A stretch of 64,000 bases of DNA from Paraspadella gotoi. Lineage: Eukaryota; Animalia; Chaetognatha. Of the stretch, positions 37,801 to 51,463 are shown in pieces. The position numbers and the translations under genes were made by a program. Position 1 is the stretch's first letter; each line of letters begins with the position of its first letter. The DNA lies in assembly GCA_051294375.1 (NCBI GenBank), contig CM119271.1, positions 15,630,770 to 15,694,769 on the forward strand. Reading direction: 5' to 3'. The notes under the pieces were generated by a model. That model saw only the letters and a program-made list of their open reading frames with translations. It had not been told where the DNA came from and did no database searches.

Positions 37801-40800
37801 CTTTTTCTTCAGACGAAGATCAGGAAGACGAAAGGCGACCCGATCGTCGTCGTCGTCGTTGTCGTCGAAGTCGCGACATTCCAGCGACCAAGAGGAGGAA
37901 GAGGAAGAGGACGGCTTCGAAAACGTCGTCACCCTCGTCCCGCGAAAGGTGATCGAGTGGCGCGCAACGACGCCGGTGAAGGTGGCGGCGTCGATGTGGA
38001 CGGCGACGCCGGCGCCGCGGTCGCAAACGGCGAATAGATTCAACGAAGTCGCCTTTAGGTTCAAGCTGAGTTTTTTGAGGAAAGAGGAAGAGGAGGAGGA
38101 GGAGGTTCTGGCTTCCCCGTTCGTCGACGACCGACTGGACTTTTTGCCGACGAGTCCCGAGGCGAGGATCTCCTTGAAGACTCTCGCCGCTTCCGTCGTC
38201 CACCCGAATCGAGCGGAGGAGACGTCGACTTCGACGAGAGACACGTCGGGTTCGCGATCGAGGCTCATCTGAAGAAGATGGGAGAAATCAGGAGAAGAAT
38301 CGAATTCAATTTATCTGAAGAAGATGGGAGAAATCAGGAGGAGAATCGAATTCAATTTATCTGAAGAAGATGGGAGAAATCAGGAGGAGAATCGAATTCA
38401 ATTTATCTGAAGAAGATGGGAGAAATCAGGAGGAGAATCGAATTCAATTTATCTGAAGAAGATGGGAGAAATCAGGAGGAGAATCGAATTCAATTTATCT
38501 GAAGAAGATGGGAGAAATCAGGAGGAGAATCGAATTCAATTTATCTGAAGAAGATGGGAGAAATCAGTAGAAGAATCCAATTCAATTTATCTGAAGAAGA
38601 TGGGAGAAATCAGTAGAAGAATCCAATTCAATTTATCTGAAGAAGAAGGGAGAAATCAGTAGGAGAATCCAATTCAATTTATCTGAAGAAGAAGGGAGAA
38701 ATCAGTAGGAGAATCGAATTCAATTTATCTGAAGAAGATGGGAGAAATCAGGAGAATCCAATTCAATTTATTTTCAGAGTCATGATTCTGCCAGGATTAG
38801 ATTCAATTGAGAGCTGAGAATAATAATTTCTACTAAGTTTCAATTTTTTCTTCTGGTATGCAAAGACCGAATCTATTCTCTGCTATTAATTGAGAATCGA
38901 ATTCTTTTCTTATTATAACTCTTTTCCATCACAACTATTTTCCCATAATCACTATTTTCTCATCACAACTATTATTTTCTCATCACAACTATTTTCTCAT
39001 CATCACTATTTTCCCATCATCACTATTTTCTCATCACCACTATCTTCCCATCACAGCGATAAAAGGGAACAAAGATATTAATCAAGAAACGAACAATAAA
39101 CAAACAATATGCATCGGCAATCAATGAGTCTTTTAGATGATGAGCCTCAGAAAATTGTCGCCATCACTTCCCATCAGAACGATCTTTCCAACGCAACCAT
39201 CATCAAATTACAAGAAATTTCCCATCAAAACGGTTTTCCCATCTCGCCCTCACCTCCAGCCTCTCGTTAAAGAAAAGGTCGTTGGCACCGTGGCGTCCGG
39301 GGTCGGCGGCGGCGGCGAAGGCGCCGACGAAGCCGTGAGTCCGCTCCGCCGTCAACGACGCGCTGATGTGGTCGAGCAGGTCGCGCCATCCGGCGGCGTC
39401 GATCGAGATCGACGATGACGACGCCGCGGCGCCGATTTCGGCGCTGGAAAGGTCGCTGGCGAACTTAAGGCGGCGTCCGAGGAGAGAAACGCTGGCGCCT
39501 TTAACGGTCATGAAGGAAAGGGAGGCGTCGTCGACGGAGGCGTCGACGCGGAGGGACTTGGGAGTTAAGGATGAGAGGGCGCCGGGCGAAGGCGACATCT
39601 CGGGCGGCGCCGCGCCCGTCGATGCGTCCGTAGACTTGTCCGAGTCGGTTGTGCGGGCGAGGAGAGGGATCCAATAGTGGCACTCTTCGAAATGGCATCT
39701 GAGGATTAAGGGGACGACGTTTAGTCACTTTCTTATGACATAATTTAAAAAGTTGCTCGTCGAAAATATCCTGCTTAAAGTACAATCACTATTCCCCAGC
39801 AAGATCTCAAAGCGCAGTTGTCAGCGACGCAAATGAGGTCGCCTGTAAATTTTTACTTGTTATTTGATCATTGTATTATCATCTACATTTTAACCGTTGG
39901 AACAATTTATTTCTTGAAAATATAAAACAAACCTAAAACTATAGTAGATGCACCAACAAAAAAGTTTGGGAAAAAATTAGGATAAATAACAACAAAAATA
40001 AATAAAAGGAATACTTAAATATTAAATTTTAAAAATAACAATATTGATTGATTTAAAACATTATAATTCAAAAAAATTCATATTTAAACATCAGGCCCAA
40101 AATAATAAAAATATTACACAAAATCATCGAACAGAGAAATCAAAAACGTAACATGCAAATGAAGGCGAAAACGAGGTCGTTACACAAAAGAACAACTGTT
40201 TACAACCAAGACAAAAATTAAGAAACGGGAATTAAGCTAAAAACTCCATTCCTCACCTTAAGTGCAGCCCGTCCGCGGCGACGCTGACCTCCAGCTTCCT
40301 CCCTGCGCCCGTCTCTGCGTCGACGCTAAACTCCCTCAGCTGCAGCAGCTGCACGTGAGTTGAGACGAGGGAGAGACGGGCGAGGGTGAGGTTGGCCACG
40401 ACGTCGGGAAAGGAGGAGGAGGTGGAGCGGAAGGAGGTGAGGGAGGAAGAGACGGCGCGTCGAGACGGAGACAAGAAAAACTGAGAAAGAAATCGATAAA
40501 AATTTAGTTGAGTTGTAATAAATACAATAATTAGTTTAGTTTAAACAATAATAAGAAACAAAAACGCCCCTGTACCTAAAAGATGGTTTCCTAGTATATT
40601 AACAAATGAAATTCAGTTTATAAGTCTCATTTGCCTATGGTAATGTTTAAAGTTCAATTAGTTTATTATTTAAAGTATCATCAGTTTATATTCGGTTTCA
40701 AAATTAGGCATAATTTTGGCTTTAACAATGCTAATGTAATATGCATGTATTTTAAAAAATAATTTGGTAAAATTTTGATTGATGAATGATGATTGAAGCC

Positions 40801-43396
40801 CAATGAACCCGACTCTACCCGACCCACCTTGCCGCTCGTGGAGAGGGAAAAGTCTCCGCAGGTGAGGACGAGGCTTCGCGATTTGTTTCGATCGCGAAGG
40901 AAAGCGACTTCAAGGAAGGAAACGGAGAGACGAGCCGATCGGGGGAGAAAGGGGGAGAAATCGCGGGGAGGGAAATTCCAACTTGGGATCGAGGAACTGA
41001 AATACAAAATGGGAATGGAGTGTGGATCGTCATCTCTCGAGATTTTAGGCTTGGCTTGATCATCAAAGAAAATGTTACCCGGCGACAAAATCTTCGATCT
41101 TTTCTGTTCCAAATCGATTAGACTTTGACGTCGCGTCTTCCTCCCTCCTCCTCCTCTTCCTCCTCTTCCTCTCCTCCACAATCCCCATCGTCTTCTCCCA
41201 CGCCGCCTCCGTGAAAGTCAGTCTGGGTTTTTTGACGCCGACTTCGACTGCGTCGATCAGACGGGCGTCGTCCGGCGCCGCCACGCCGTCGAGGAACCGA
41301 GCCGTCGCAGTCACGTCGACGAGCAGCTCGGCGACGCAGGGTTTGGATTCGGCGCCGTCCGAGGCGGCGCCGGTGTCGCGTTGAAGAACTTTGGTTTTGA
41401 ATCCGAGGCAGAGGAAGCGGACGACGGGGTCGGCGTCTTTTGGAGCGCCGTCGTTGGTGGCGGCGTCCCGACCAACGTCGATCGCAGCAGTGTCCTTGGA
41501 AGAGTCGCGTCTTAAGGCTAATTCTTGCACGCTGGTGTGCAAGAGGCAGTTGGGAAGGAAGAAAGAGGAGGCGGTGAAGCTTACGTTGAAACCGTGAAAG
41601 CTCAGGTATTTGAAAAGTGTCCAAAGCCGCTTCGCTTTGGAACGATCGAGGCTCCACCCGCGACCTGGAAACAAAAATTATATTGAGAGAATCACTCTAC
41701 ATCGACTGTTCAAATACATTTGCATATTGCAGTAATTTCAGGCGAATGTCTTACCAGTTTTAAGACTTTTAGAGCTTTTACGAAAGTAATCCGTGGAAAC
41801 TTTCGACAAAAAATAAAAAACTAAGTCAATTCCCAACTCACCACCCGATATGGGGATATGGATTTAAAGGTTCTTTTGCAAGAATAAACAATTACTACAA
41901 TAAATTGTGGTGAGCGATTGTAAGAGATGATTATTTAATATGATCTTAAATGAGATTGATTGATTCAAGCTAACTCGCTATACACATTAAAGACAGTTTA
42001 CATAGTAAGCGAGCATTCTTCACCGATGCCAAGTCAAGTCAACATATCATCAAGTAAGATATTTATGAACACTGAACCTTTAGTATCTAGTAATATGCCT
42101 ACCTCATCACAGGCAAACATACCCTCATATATCTGGTACATAAACTCCCCTTATACGATGTCATATTTTGAATTTTTGACTCATTGTGAAGTGGTTGTGA
42201 GACTCTGGGGGAAATTGAATGTAACACTGTTGAAAATTGATGATTAGAGAGTTGATAATCGAGAAATGAGCTAAGGTTTAACGGGATAAGGGGCAAAGGT
42301 TAGGATATTTAAGATGAGAGCGGAAAGAATCAGGCATGTTGAGACGGCGATTGATAGACAATGAAGAATATTTGTTATTCATTTGAGAAAAAATTAAGAA
42401 GTTTTAAAAAACAAATCTGATGTTTTTAGTTTTTAACATTTAAAGTTTCTTTTTAATTTGTATGACTTTTGTTTTTACAGTTTTCTATGAAGTAGTTTTT
42501 AACATATGAGTAATGTTCCTACTTTTTATGTTAGTGTCTATTGTTTTATTTTTGAATTTTTGACTAAAATCTCATTTACATGTTGCAGTGAAATAGTTTT
42601 AGTCCACGTTTTCTATATAAAGTTACAACAAACTTAGAAAACGAGTAATTTTCGCTCCCGTTTTTATTAATGCTTCTTTTAATTAATTTTTCTAATAGAT
42701 TTTGATATTATTATGTGAATTATCTATCACTATTAGATCAATTGCATGGTCCTTCCTTGTTGTTCACATGATGATATATAATAGTTTTTTCTCAAGATTC
42801 TTTGCTAATCATACAATCCGCATTGTATGCTCAAACTTGTTAAATGTTTCAATGGTTTCTTGTAAACCATAAAATATAAATATTACTTAAATAAAAAAAA
42901 TTACTAGACGGTGCAATGCATACGCAAACGGTGTTAATAAACCTTAGCAACTAACCGGAAACTCCGACGCCCGAATTTCCGCAGTTGACATCGTCTCGTT
43001 CATCGACCGTCGACGCCGTCGCCCCCATCGGCATCAACGCCGCCTCCACCCTTAAGTCATTGACGACGACGGCGACGAGAGTCTTGACCCGCGAGTCGAC
43101 GAAGGAGGTGGTGAGGCCGAGACTCCCCACGCTGAGGGTGAGTCCGTCTCCGGGAAGAGAAAGGACGACGTCTCGAAGACTGAGAAACCAGAATCCGCCG
43201 ACGCGAGCCTTTTGAAGGCGGGATGAAGTTTATTCTTACTATTACTATCAAATCTATTGTATATTTATAACTAATCTATCTAGAATACCTTGACGCGGAG
43301 AAATCGAAAGACGGTGTAGCAGAGAATCTCGACGAGACATTTGGCAGCGAGCCAAAGCAGCACCGAGTAGAGAAGGAAGGTGAATAGCCAGCTCAT
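28532..43396 (-). CDS. BLTP2: Bridge-like lipid transfer protein 2 (KIAA0100/Hobbit/Fmp27 family), multi-exon
   Basis: N-terminal hydrophobic anchor MSWLFTFLLYSVLLWL; PSPPLPFWDKLRLFLHGRL, VRTASKYDDC, WSARLEGMQYFAT, LQRIISRC, GGIPVKEHFEINVMPL, PTIEYHNMTWTWLDL, EEEKAKILFG. Junctions checked were in phase. Confidence 0.92.
28743..28829. repeat. (CT/GA)n microsatellite starting at a 5' splice donor
   Basis: Perfect run directly after G|GTGAGA in the last BLTP2 intron. Confidence 0.95.
30550..30745 (-). mobile_element. tRNA-derived SINE-like element, family B copy 2 (BLTP2 intron)
   Basis: Minus strand has an A-box-like TGGCTTGGAAAACTAAG (30733-30717) and a B-box-like GGTTCAATC (30689-30681), followed by a body shared with 3870-4060. 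Confidence 0.6.
38267..38770. repeat. 46-bp tandem repeat x11, each unit containing the BLTP2 3' splice site
   Basis: Unit ATCTGAAGAAGATGGGAGAAATCAGGAGGAGAATCGAATTCAATTT starts at 38267, 38313, 38359 ... 38727. Confidence 0.95.
38920..39052. repeat. Degenerate tandem repeat of roughly 14-17 nt (CATCACTATTTTCT-like)
   Basis: Visible imperfect periodicity in the same intron as the 46-bp array. Confidence 0.7.
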
Positions 43397-44090
43397 GGTC
43401 GAGGGGAGTGTGTTTGTGATTAGGGGAGAAAGTGAGGGAAGTGAGGGGAGGGTGGAAGGGAGTTGGGGGATATTAAGCGTGTGCGAGTCCTCCGAGAAGC
43501 GGACATCGTTTATGGAGCTGGGGGACTCGACGGTGAGTCGTCCGCAGCGAAGCGCGAATACATCGCGCCAAATCTTGAGGTTGGGAAAATATTGATATTT
43601 TTCATGTCGGTGATCGAGGAAAAAATAAAGGCGAAAAAGCGAAAAATATAATGATCAATTGATAAAATGAGATCAGATTACAAATGTTTTGATATTTAGC
43701 AATAACTACCCAATAAAATTCGACAAAAACGGCAAATAAAAATAATATTCAGTCCAAAACAAAGTATAAAACTGGAAAAGTAAAAAAAATTATGACTAGA
43801 GAATTCGTAGCGACGAGTAACAGCGATAAAAGACATAGGAGTTAACTGACAACTATCTTCGGACATATCACAGTAAATTTCAACTATGGAAAAATAAATC
43901 TGTACGCATTAGGAAAAAATCTATAAATAAAATAAGCGCGAGTCGTAAAGGTAACGTAAAATTACCAAATTCGGAATTCTCAGTTGGGTCAAAGGGATGC
44001 TAACATCTAACGAGAAAAATATAGTATAGATCTAAGTCTACATTTTCTGTCATTAGTTAATTAAAAAAACTAACACACATTAGACCGATT

Positions 44091-47000
44091 CTACTCGGAA
44101 TCGGATTGTGGCGCCAAATCCAAAATCTCTCCTAATCGTTTAAACCACAAGGAGACGTTTTCCTTCAACTTGGGATCCGTGGCGTGAGTCACGAGCTGAT
44201 TGGCCGATTCGAAGAGACACGGGACGAGCGCCTCGAACTCGCCATCGCTCGGTCGAGACACGACGACGCCGAAGACGACGTTGAGGGCGGCGACAAGCGA
44301 ATCGTGGCGAGCGGCGCTGTCATCGATCAAAGATTTCTCCTTTCGGACACGACAGATTTCCTTTTCCATGGCCTCAGGAGATTTCACGAGGGGCGCGCCC
44401 ATCGGGTCGCGCAGCCCGGCCATAACGCCGGACATGGCGAGATGGCGCCGCGATCTGCCGGCGGCGCGAAAGGGTTCGACGCCGCCGTAGACTCGCGGGG
44501 CGCCGGGCATAGCTCGTTGACCCTTTCGTTTCTTGTACTCTGACGTTAGAGACTCCACGTCTTCTTCGGTGGCCGGAGTGTAGACGTTTTCTTTTAGGCT
44601 TAAATCTTTGGTTTCTTCAGGGTCGTCGTTTTCATCTTCGTCGTTTTCGTCGTCATCCTCTTCATCTGCCTCTTCCTCTTTCGATCCTCCCATCAAAGAT
44701 TTCAACTTAAACTCTGACAAGTCATCGAATTTGGCCAAAAGGAAAAACAAAGGTTTCTTAGCGAGAGCATCGGCGATGTATTCCCGACCGAATTTGTCCA
44801 ACTGAAAATCGATGTATCTCTGCGTTTGCTCTTTGACTCCCTTCCTCAACCGACGAAGGAACGACTTGTTAAATCTCGCCTCTCGAAGTAGAGAATGAAA
44901 GTAAAGAAGAAAAGAGACGGAAGAGGCGCTGTAGAGATTGAGAGCGACTCGAGCCCCGACCACGTTTTGCAACAGGATCTTGAGTCCGGGTCGAGCGTCG
45001 AAATCGTGAGCGACGTTCGTAGATTCCTCCAACGCGTCGAGGAGGAGGTTGGAATCGGTCGTCGAGAGGCCTTCGGATCCACGGGGAAATCGTCGTCGAT
45101 CTTCGAAGGCGATCGTCGTGGCGGCGGCGAAGATGGTCTCGTCGGGCGCGATTCCGCAGCCTCGCAACAAGACTCCGCCGATGGTTTGAACGACGAGCTG
45201 ATGGGCTAAGAGGCCGAGCACGACCCGACGGAACTCGACGGCTTCGTCCGGCTGGAAATTCGGGAGACGTTTGAAGCAACCGACGTCGTCTTCATCGTCG
45301 TCGTCGTTTCGATCGTAAAGCAGAAAGACGAATGATCTCATCGTCTCATCTCCAGAGGTCATCAATGGCGCGGCGTCATTTTCTTCGCTTCCCGTCATCT
45401 CGCCAATTCTTTGAGACTCGACCAGAAAAACTCTCCGCGCTAGTTGACGCAGCTGACGCGCCTCAGCCGCAGAGCAGTCTCGGCGGGCGCCGACGCGAAC
45501 GCGACGCGCGTCCCCGTAAAAGTTTTCCGATCCTTCGGAGAAACAAGTCATAAGCCGTTTTAGAGGATAGAGGGAGACGTGGACAGCGCGGCGTAACGCG
45601 CGACACGCTACGCTCCAAACTTCCGGCGAAAAATCGGCCGCCGCGTCTCCTTCCACGAAGAGATGCTTGAGACATGAGCAAGCGAGTCGAGAGATGGACT
45701 CGTCGGCGGCGGCGATTCCTTCGACGACGACTTCCAAGAATTGCTTCGTCATGAAGGCCAAATCCTTTTTTATAAAAGACGAAGAGGAAGGTCCCACCTT
45801 TATCATCAAATCAGCGATGGAATTGGTGGCCAAGCCGAAGCATTGCTTCAAGTTCATCAAGTAAGAATCTCCGAGACCAGATTTGTCGGTCGTTTCCTTT
45901 CGCAACCAAAATTGTATCATGGGCAGGAGCAGAGTGTCGATGCAATAAATAGAGAATCTTGGACCGGGACAATCCGCCAGACCGTTGAGGATATCAAACA
46001 GAAGCTGAACGGCACGAGGCTGATAAACCCGAGGGCAGAGAGTCACGGAGGAAGCGACGCCTTCCACCAGCAAATACCAAACGTGCAAAATGCCCGTCCC
46101 TTGGTCGAGATCTCCGATCGTTCGCGAATCTGGTCCATCGTCGGAATAGATGTTGTCGCGTGATTCATCCTCGTCATCCAAGGGTCGAAGATCGAGAGCG
46201 ACGTCTTCATCATCCTTCGAAATCTCTTGGGAGGAATTGGGCCGAAAAATCTCGTCTTCTTCGAGCGGGAGAGAAAATCTTTGAAACAAAAGATTCTCGC
46301 TGACGTGAGGGATCGATGAATCGATGTTCTGCGGAATGTCGCTCAGTTTTATCCAATGCGCAGCCGGAAATGTGGGGCAGTTGAGCATCTTGTACATCGA
46401 GGAAAAAATGTCGGAGGTTTCTTTAAGAAATTGAAAGGCGGGGAGACAGAGGCAGTCGGCTCCGGGAGAAAGGTTGTCGGTTTCATCGTCGGTGTCGTCG
46501 TCGTCGGTCTCGCTGTCAGAGTATGGGTCTTTGTTCGTCGGGGGATAAAGATCTTTGTCAGGAATGGCTCCTCCTCCTCTGAGATACTTGAGCAAACAAA
46601 GAACGCAATCCAGCGCCGCGTTGGCGAAAATGCCGACTTTTCCGGTGCCGAAAAAGGCGCGAAAGACGTCGAGCACCGGCTGAACGCGATCTCCGTTTCT
46701 CTCCGGCGTCTCGAAAAACCGGAAGTGGACATGACGCAAGGCAGCGAAGAGAGGCTTCCATCCGGAGCCGAGTTCCTCGGCATAGCCTTCGACGAGGGCG
46801 CAGAGGACGGTGAGGGTCTGACTCTGGACGGCGGGTTCGCTCTCTAGACAGAGGATGGTCTCGAAGGGTTTGACGAAGGCTTCGTGGAGATGAAAGTATT
46901 TTCTCTCTTTGACTCGAACGAGCATCGTGGCGACAACTTCGTAGAGAGTCTCCACCGCCTTCGACGACAACGACGCGTCTCGACTCGTCGCTGCCGCCAG

Positions 47001-50000
47001 AAGAAAAGGCTGCGCGACACTCCAGCATTTTAAGACGTGGAAAAGAGGCCGCGTCTCCGATTGACAAATTTGGATGATGGAGTCCGAGAGGCGTTGAAGT
47101 AGAATCGAACTGGAGACTTCAGATTCACGATCCTCTTTACGTTTCGAGCTTAAACTCTCCTTCAGCGCGGAGCCGAGTTCTCGAAGAAAATCGCAGAGGG
47201 CGCTGGCGGAGTAAGTCCTAGTGACTAGATCAAAGAGCATGTCAAAACGTGAAGTAAAGTACATGAGAATCAGACTCGTTTGACTGATGGGCAAACAGCC
47301 GCCGAGATCGGGCTCTTGCAAAGACGTCGGTCCGGAGTTCTCCAGGATATCGGCGATGACGACGGTGAATGGTTCCGACTTGACGCCGTAAGGGGTCTCG
47401 ACGAAATCTTCGACGGCGCTCTCAAGATTCTCGCCGACGGCCGTCTCCAGGGCGATCTTCTTCAACGACGAGGCCAACCCGGTCTGCAATCGTTGGTTGG
47501 AAATCGTCTTGGATTCTTCGGCGTCGTTGGTCTTGCAAAAGGCGCGTTCGACTCGAAAGAGATGGAGACAGGATTTGATGATTGGTCCCCAAACGGAGGG
47601 AAAATCTCGACCCAAATCGAGAGCGTTCTTCGCCACGACTTCCAAACAAAACACCGGCGACGCGTGGAGACAATTGACGTGGACGCCTTTGACGGAGACG
47701 ATCGCTTCTTTGCGCGGCGTCTCGCTCTCTCGATCCTTTTTGCGCGGTGTCTCGCTCTCTTGATCCTTTTTATCCCATTTCTCCGCGTCCCGACGCAGCG
47801 CGGCAGCGAGAAAGCCTTTGGAGAGATTCTCCGGGAGTCGCTTCTCGAGAACTTTAAACGCGTGGGATTGAAAGGTTTCTCTGGGCTTTTCTTCGAAGGC
47901 GACGTCGCTGGGCGGAGGCAGAGACGAGAAGGAAGCGTGGAGACGAGGCGGAGAAAAGCTGCGCGGTTTGACTGAGGAGGCGTCCTCCAGATGTTTGAAA
48001 GCGATGGTAGCCACGTGAGCCTCGTTCGTCAATCTAGACAATTCCAAGAGGCCGTCGAAACCGAAGGCGGCGGAATGGGCGAGAGCTCGAGATTTCTTGA
48101 GCCTCTCTTTGGGCCAGGCGTGCCAGGCGTTGAAGGGGAGGAGGGCGTGTTGAGCGAGGGACGACGATGAAGGAGCAACGACGCGACATGCCGTCGACGA
48201 TCGGTGCAGCACGCCGACAATTGGGCCGAGGCAAGTGCGGAGGACCCGTTTAACGAGGGCGGAGGCGATGCGGAAGTGGGCGGGGGTATAAGACTCAGAG
48301 GGCAAGTGAGGAGGAGAAAAAGGACAAGATTCTCTCTCAAATTTCGTGAGGAATTCGATCAAACGAGGATCGAAGGAAATCACGTGACCTCCGTCACCCG
48401 AAAAGCGTCGGTTTCTAAGGCCGACAATGCGTCGATACACACTGGCGATCCAAGCCGACGTCAAAAACACCAACGCACCACCTTCGAAAATCTCTCGCTG
48501 AAATTCCTCGGCGGAGATGATAAGATCCCCATCGGCCGAAGAGAGATACAGTCGCAAGCAGTGACACGCCAGTATGTACAGTCCGTCCGCGTTAAGAATC
48601 GTCACGCACTGAAACTGCTTTTGCGAATCGCCCATCACGCCGTGACAAAATGTCGAGGCGAATTCCAAGAGCGTCTCGTCCGCCTCCGTCGAATCCTCGC
48701 AACGATTGAGTCGCGGAACGAGGGACATCAGTTCTTCGACGAATCGGTCGGCGTCGTCGCCGGAGAGACCGTCGACGAGCAACTTGGGCGCAGAGTCGGA
48801 GGAGGTCGATTCCCGCGCTACGTAGGCGGAGGCGCGGAGTCCTAATTCCGAGGCGAGAAGATCCGATTCGGATGGAGGATTTTGACGAGAAGGGAGATGA
48901 GTTTTCGAGGTAGAAGAAGGAGACAAACTTTTTTGCTTTTCATTTTCCTTCGTAGATTTGCCGAAAACGTCGTCGTCGTCATCGTCGATTCTTTCATCGC
49001 GATCGTCTACCGTCTCTCGATTCCCCAAATAAAACTTTCCCAACTGCGTCATTCTCTTCGCCGAAATCTTTTTCTCGTTCGTCAGAATTTCCTTCAAAGA
49101 GATCAAGAGTCGATTGATGGACGCCGTCGCTGCCAAGAGACAGGACGACGCGGCGTCGTCGTCGTCGGCGACGGCGTCGACGAGATCCGCGGCGCCGTCC
49201 AACATCAGTTTGAGGATCGCGACGTCGGTGAGAGGATTCTGAGCGGCGGTGGGAGCGGATGATTGGGAGCCGGGATCGTCGTCGCTGGAGGGGTAAGGGA
49301 TTGTTTTGATATAGTTAATAAATTAATTAATCAAAACATAATCATAATAATTGTCAATATTCGTAGTCTCGACCTAACACACTTTACGACTGGCGGACCG
49401 ACCATCGTCGCGATCAATCGCGCGTCGCCCAAAATTTCTGAGAAAGTCTCCAGGGCGGCGCGACGTTGGAAAGGAGGAGAATTGAAGAGAATGCGATGAA
49501 AGAGAGCCTAATTATAATTTCATAATTTTAGAAATATGTTAATTATGGCAATAGCCAACGACTCCCGATTCTCCGTCTCAAAACCTGCAGCACGGGACGC
49601 AGAGATTCGACGCCGCCGCAAATCCGCAGCAACTCGACGGAGATCTTGTGGATGGAAAGCAAAACGTTTTCTCTTCCCTCGGAATTTTCTAACGCGGCGC
49701 CGCTTTTATCCAATTCGTGTAGAAACGCCGGCGAACGCGACGACGCCACGGTAGGCGCGCCGAGAGCGCCGACGAGTTTGGGACAGAGATCGCGCCAAAC
49801 CTGAAAGAATTAGTTGGATCAAAAGTCATAAACGACGTTATGCAAATGAGACCAAGCTCCCCTCACCAGCTCGTTAAAGGGCGAGGGAGAAAGCGAGACC
49901 GAGGCGGGAATTTTAGCCAAGAATCGACGAAGAGCTTCGAGAGAAAAAACGAGGAGATCTTCTTTGAAAGAGATCGTCGACGCGTCCCCCTTGGCCTCTC

Positions 50001-51076
50001 TTCCGGCGACCCCCTCGGCGACGTCTTCCAAAAGCCTCTTCGCGATCTCCACCGAGTCGCCGACGAGGGAATCGACCGAGTTGAGGTCGACGCCGAAAAG
50101 GTCGGCCAAGGCGTCGTCGTCGTCGTGTCGCCGAAATCCGGCTCCGTTGGATCTCTCGGTCAAATCGGCAAAAGACTCGAGGGCGGAACGCGTCACGGAG
50201 AGGCTTTTGGCGCGGGTGGCGGGAGTCTTGGTAGGGGGAGGAAAAAATAAGATTTTCATGTCTAATTAATTGGGTGTAGTAATAATTAATTGCGTGTAGT
50301 GCAACAAATATAAGAAATTGCTTATTCAATAACTTTGGACTTTGGACAGGCGATGGCGGATTAAGGCCTCCAAGCCCTCCATACTTTGGACAGGCGATGG
50401 AGGATTAAGGCCTCCATACTTTGGACAGGCGATGGAGGATTAAGGCCTCCATACTTTGGACAGGCGATGGAGGATTAAGGCCTCCATACTTTGGACAGGT
50501 GATGGAGGATTATAAATATTAGTATAAATTGTCTAACCTGCAACCTTGAGAGATATATATCCTTGCAAAGTTCGTAAAGATCGACGACGACTTTGGCATT
50601 GGATGCAAAGACGGTTCCATAGATCATCCGCTGAAGCATCTCAAGAGTGGTCAATTGCAGATCCGCAGGAAGATTGAGGGCCGATTGAACCGCCTCGATT
50701 ACCTGCGGTCAAATCGGAAAACTTCAATGATTTTACGACCATAACTATTGACTGAGGAATCAGTGACCCCCACCTGCGCCCCCGTCCACATGGCGGGAAT
50801 CTCCGAGGCCATCGAGGAATGGAACCGCCCATCGTGCCACATAAGTTGGACGGCGTCGACGGCGAGTTTGACGAGATCCGCTTGACCAGAGTCGAAGGCG
50901 AGCTTGAGAGGCTGGAAGCATCGCTGGCGCAGTCGAAAGGCGGGAGCGACTTTGGCGCATTCCGGATCGGAGAGAAGTTCGAGCGCCTCGTCCACCGAAG
51001 AGACGAACTCCGCGTCGAGCGGGGATCGAGACTCGTGATCGCGGAGGCGGAGGAGGAGACTCTCCACGGTTGCCAT
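44091..51076 (-). CDS. ARFGEF3: Brefeldin A-inhibited GEF 3 (BIG3/KIAA1244), with a ~5.2-kb terminal exon
   Basis: LRQRCFQPLKLAFDS, VESLRPVLQ|ALFHRIL, ILNADGLY, RKYFHLHEAFVKPFE, ELGSGWKPLF, GIFANAALDCVLCL, ENFYGDARRVRVGAR, DFDARPGLKILLQ. Confidence 0.88.
50339..50512. repeat. 35-bp tandem repeat about x5 derived from dispersed family A
   Basis: Unit ACTTTGGACAGGCGATGGAGGATTAAGGCCTCCAT at 50339, 50383, 50418, 50453, 50488; closely matches the reverse complement of the family A core. Confidence 0.9.
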
Positions 51077-51463
51077 GGCGACGAGAATGAAGGTTTTTTT
51101 TTAATATAAACTATGTAAGTCTAATGAGGGAGTAACGTATCCATTTTTAGACTAAATGTTGGTCTTTTTTCTTCTCATCTTCGAGTTTCCCTTCGTCCCT
51201 TTTGCTCTAATTAACAATAAAAATAAAAATTGAAAAACGTAAAATCGGTGGAACGAGAAAAGAAGAAGAGGAAAAGAAAAAACAAAAGAATTTTGGTGAA
51301 TGAAGTTTCAAAAATGGTGAAACCTCGGGGTTTTAACGAACCGTGATAACTTTTAAACGTAAACTGCACGTCGGCAGTTCATTTTCGGTGATACGATTAG
51401 AATTTTATGTCAACGATGTAATCCGCTAAAGCCTTTCAAGGTGACCATCAGTCCTTGCGCCCT

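Noticed and set aside
38267-38770. 46-bp array as CRISPR or recursive-splicing sites
   Set aside because: No spacers, and each AG is followed by AT rather than GT, so no new donor is regenerated.
41960-42296. Intronic ORFs of 95 and 65 aa with different composition
   Set aside because: No recognisable domain or splice context; at most a decayed insertion.
50339-50512. Palindromic 35-bp repeats resembling a CRISPR array
   Set aside because: Units are head-to-tail without unique spacers, there are no cas genes, and the array is in a eukaryotic intron.
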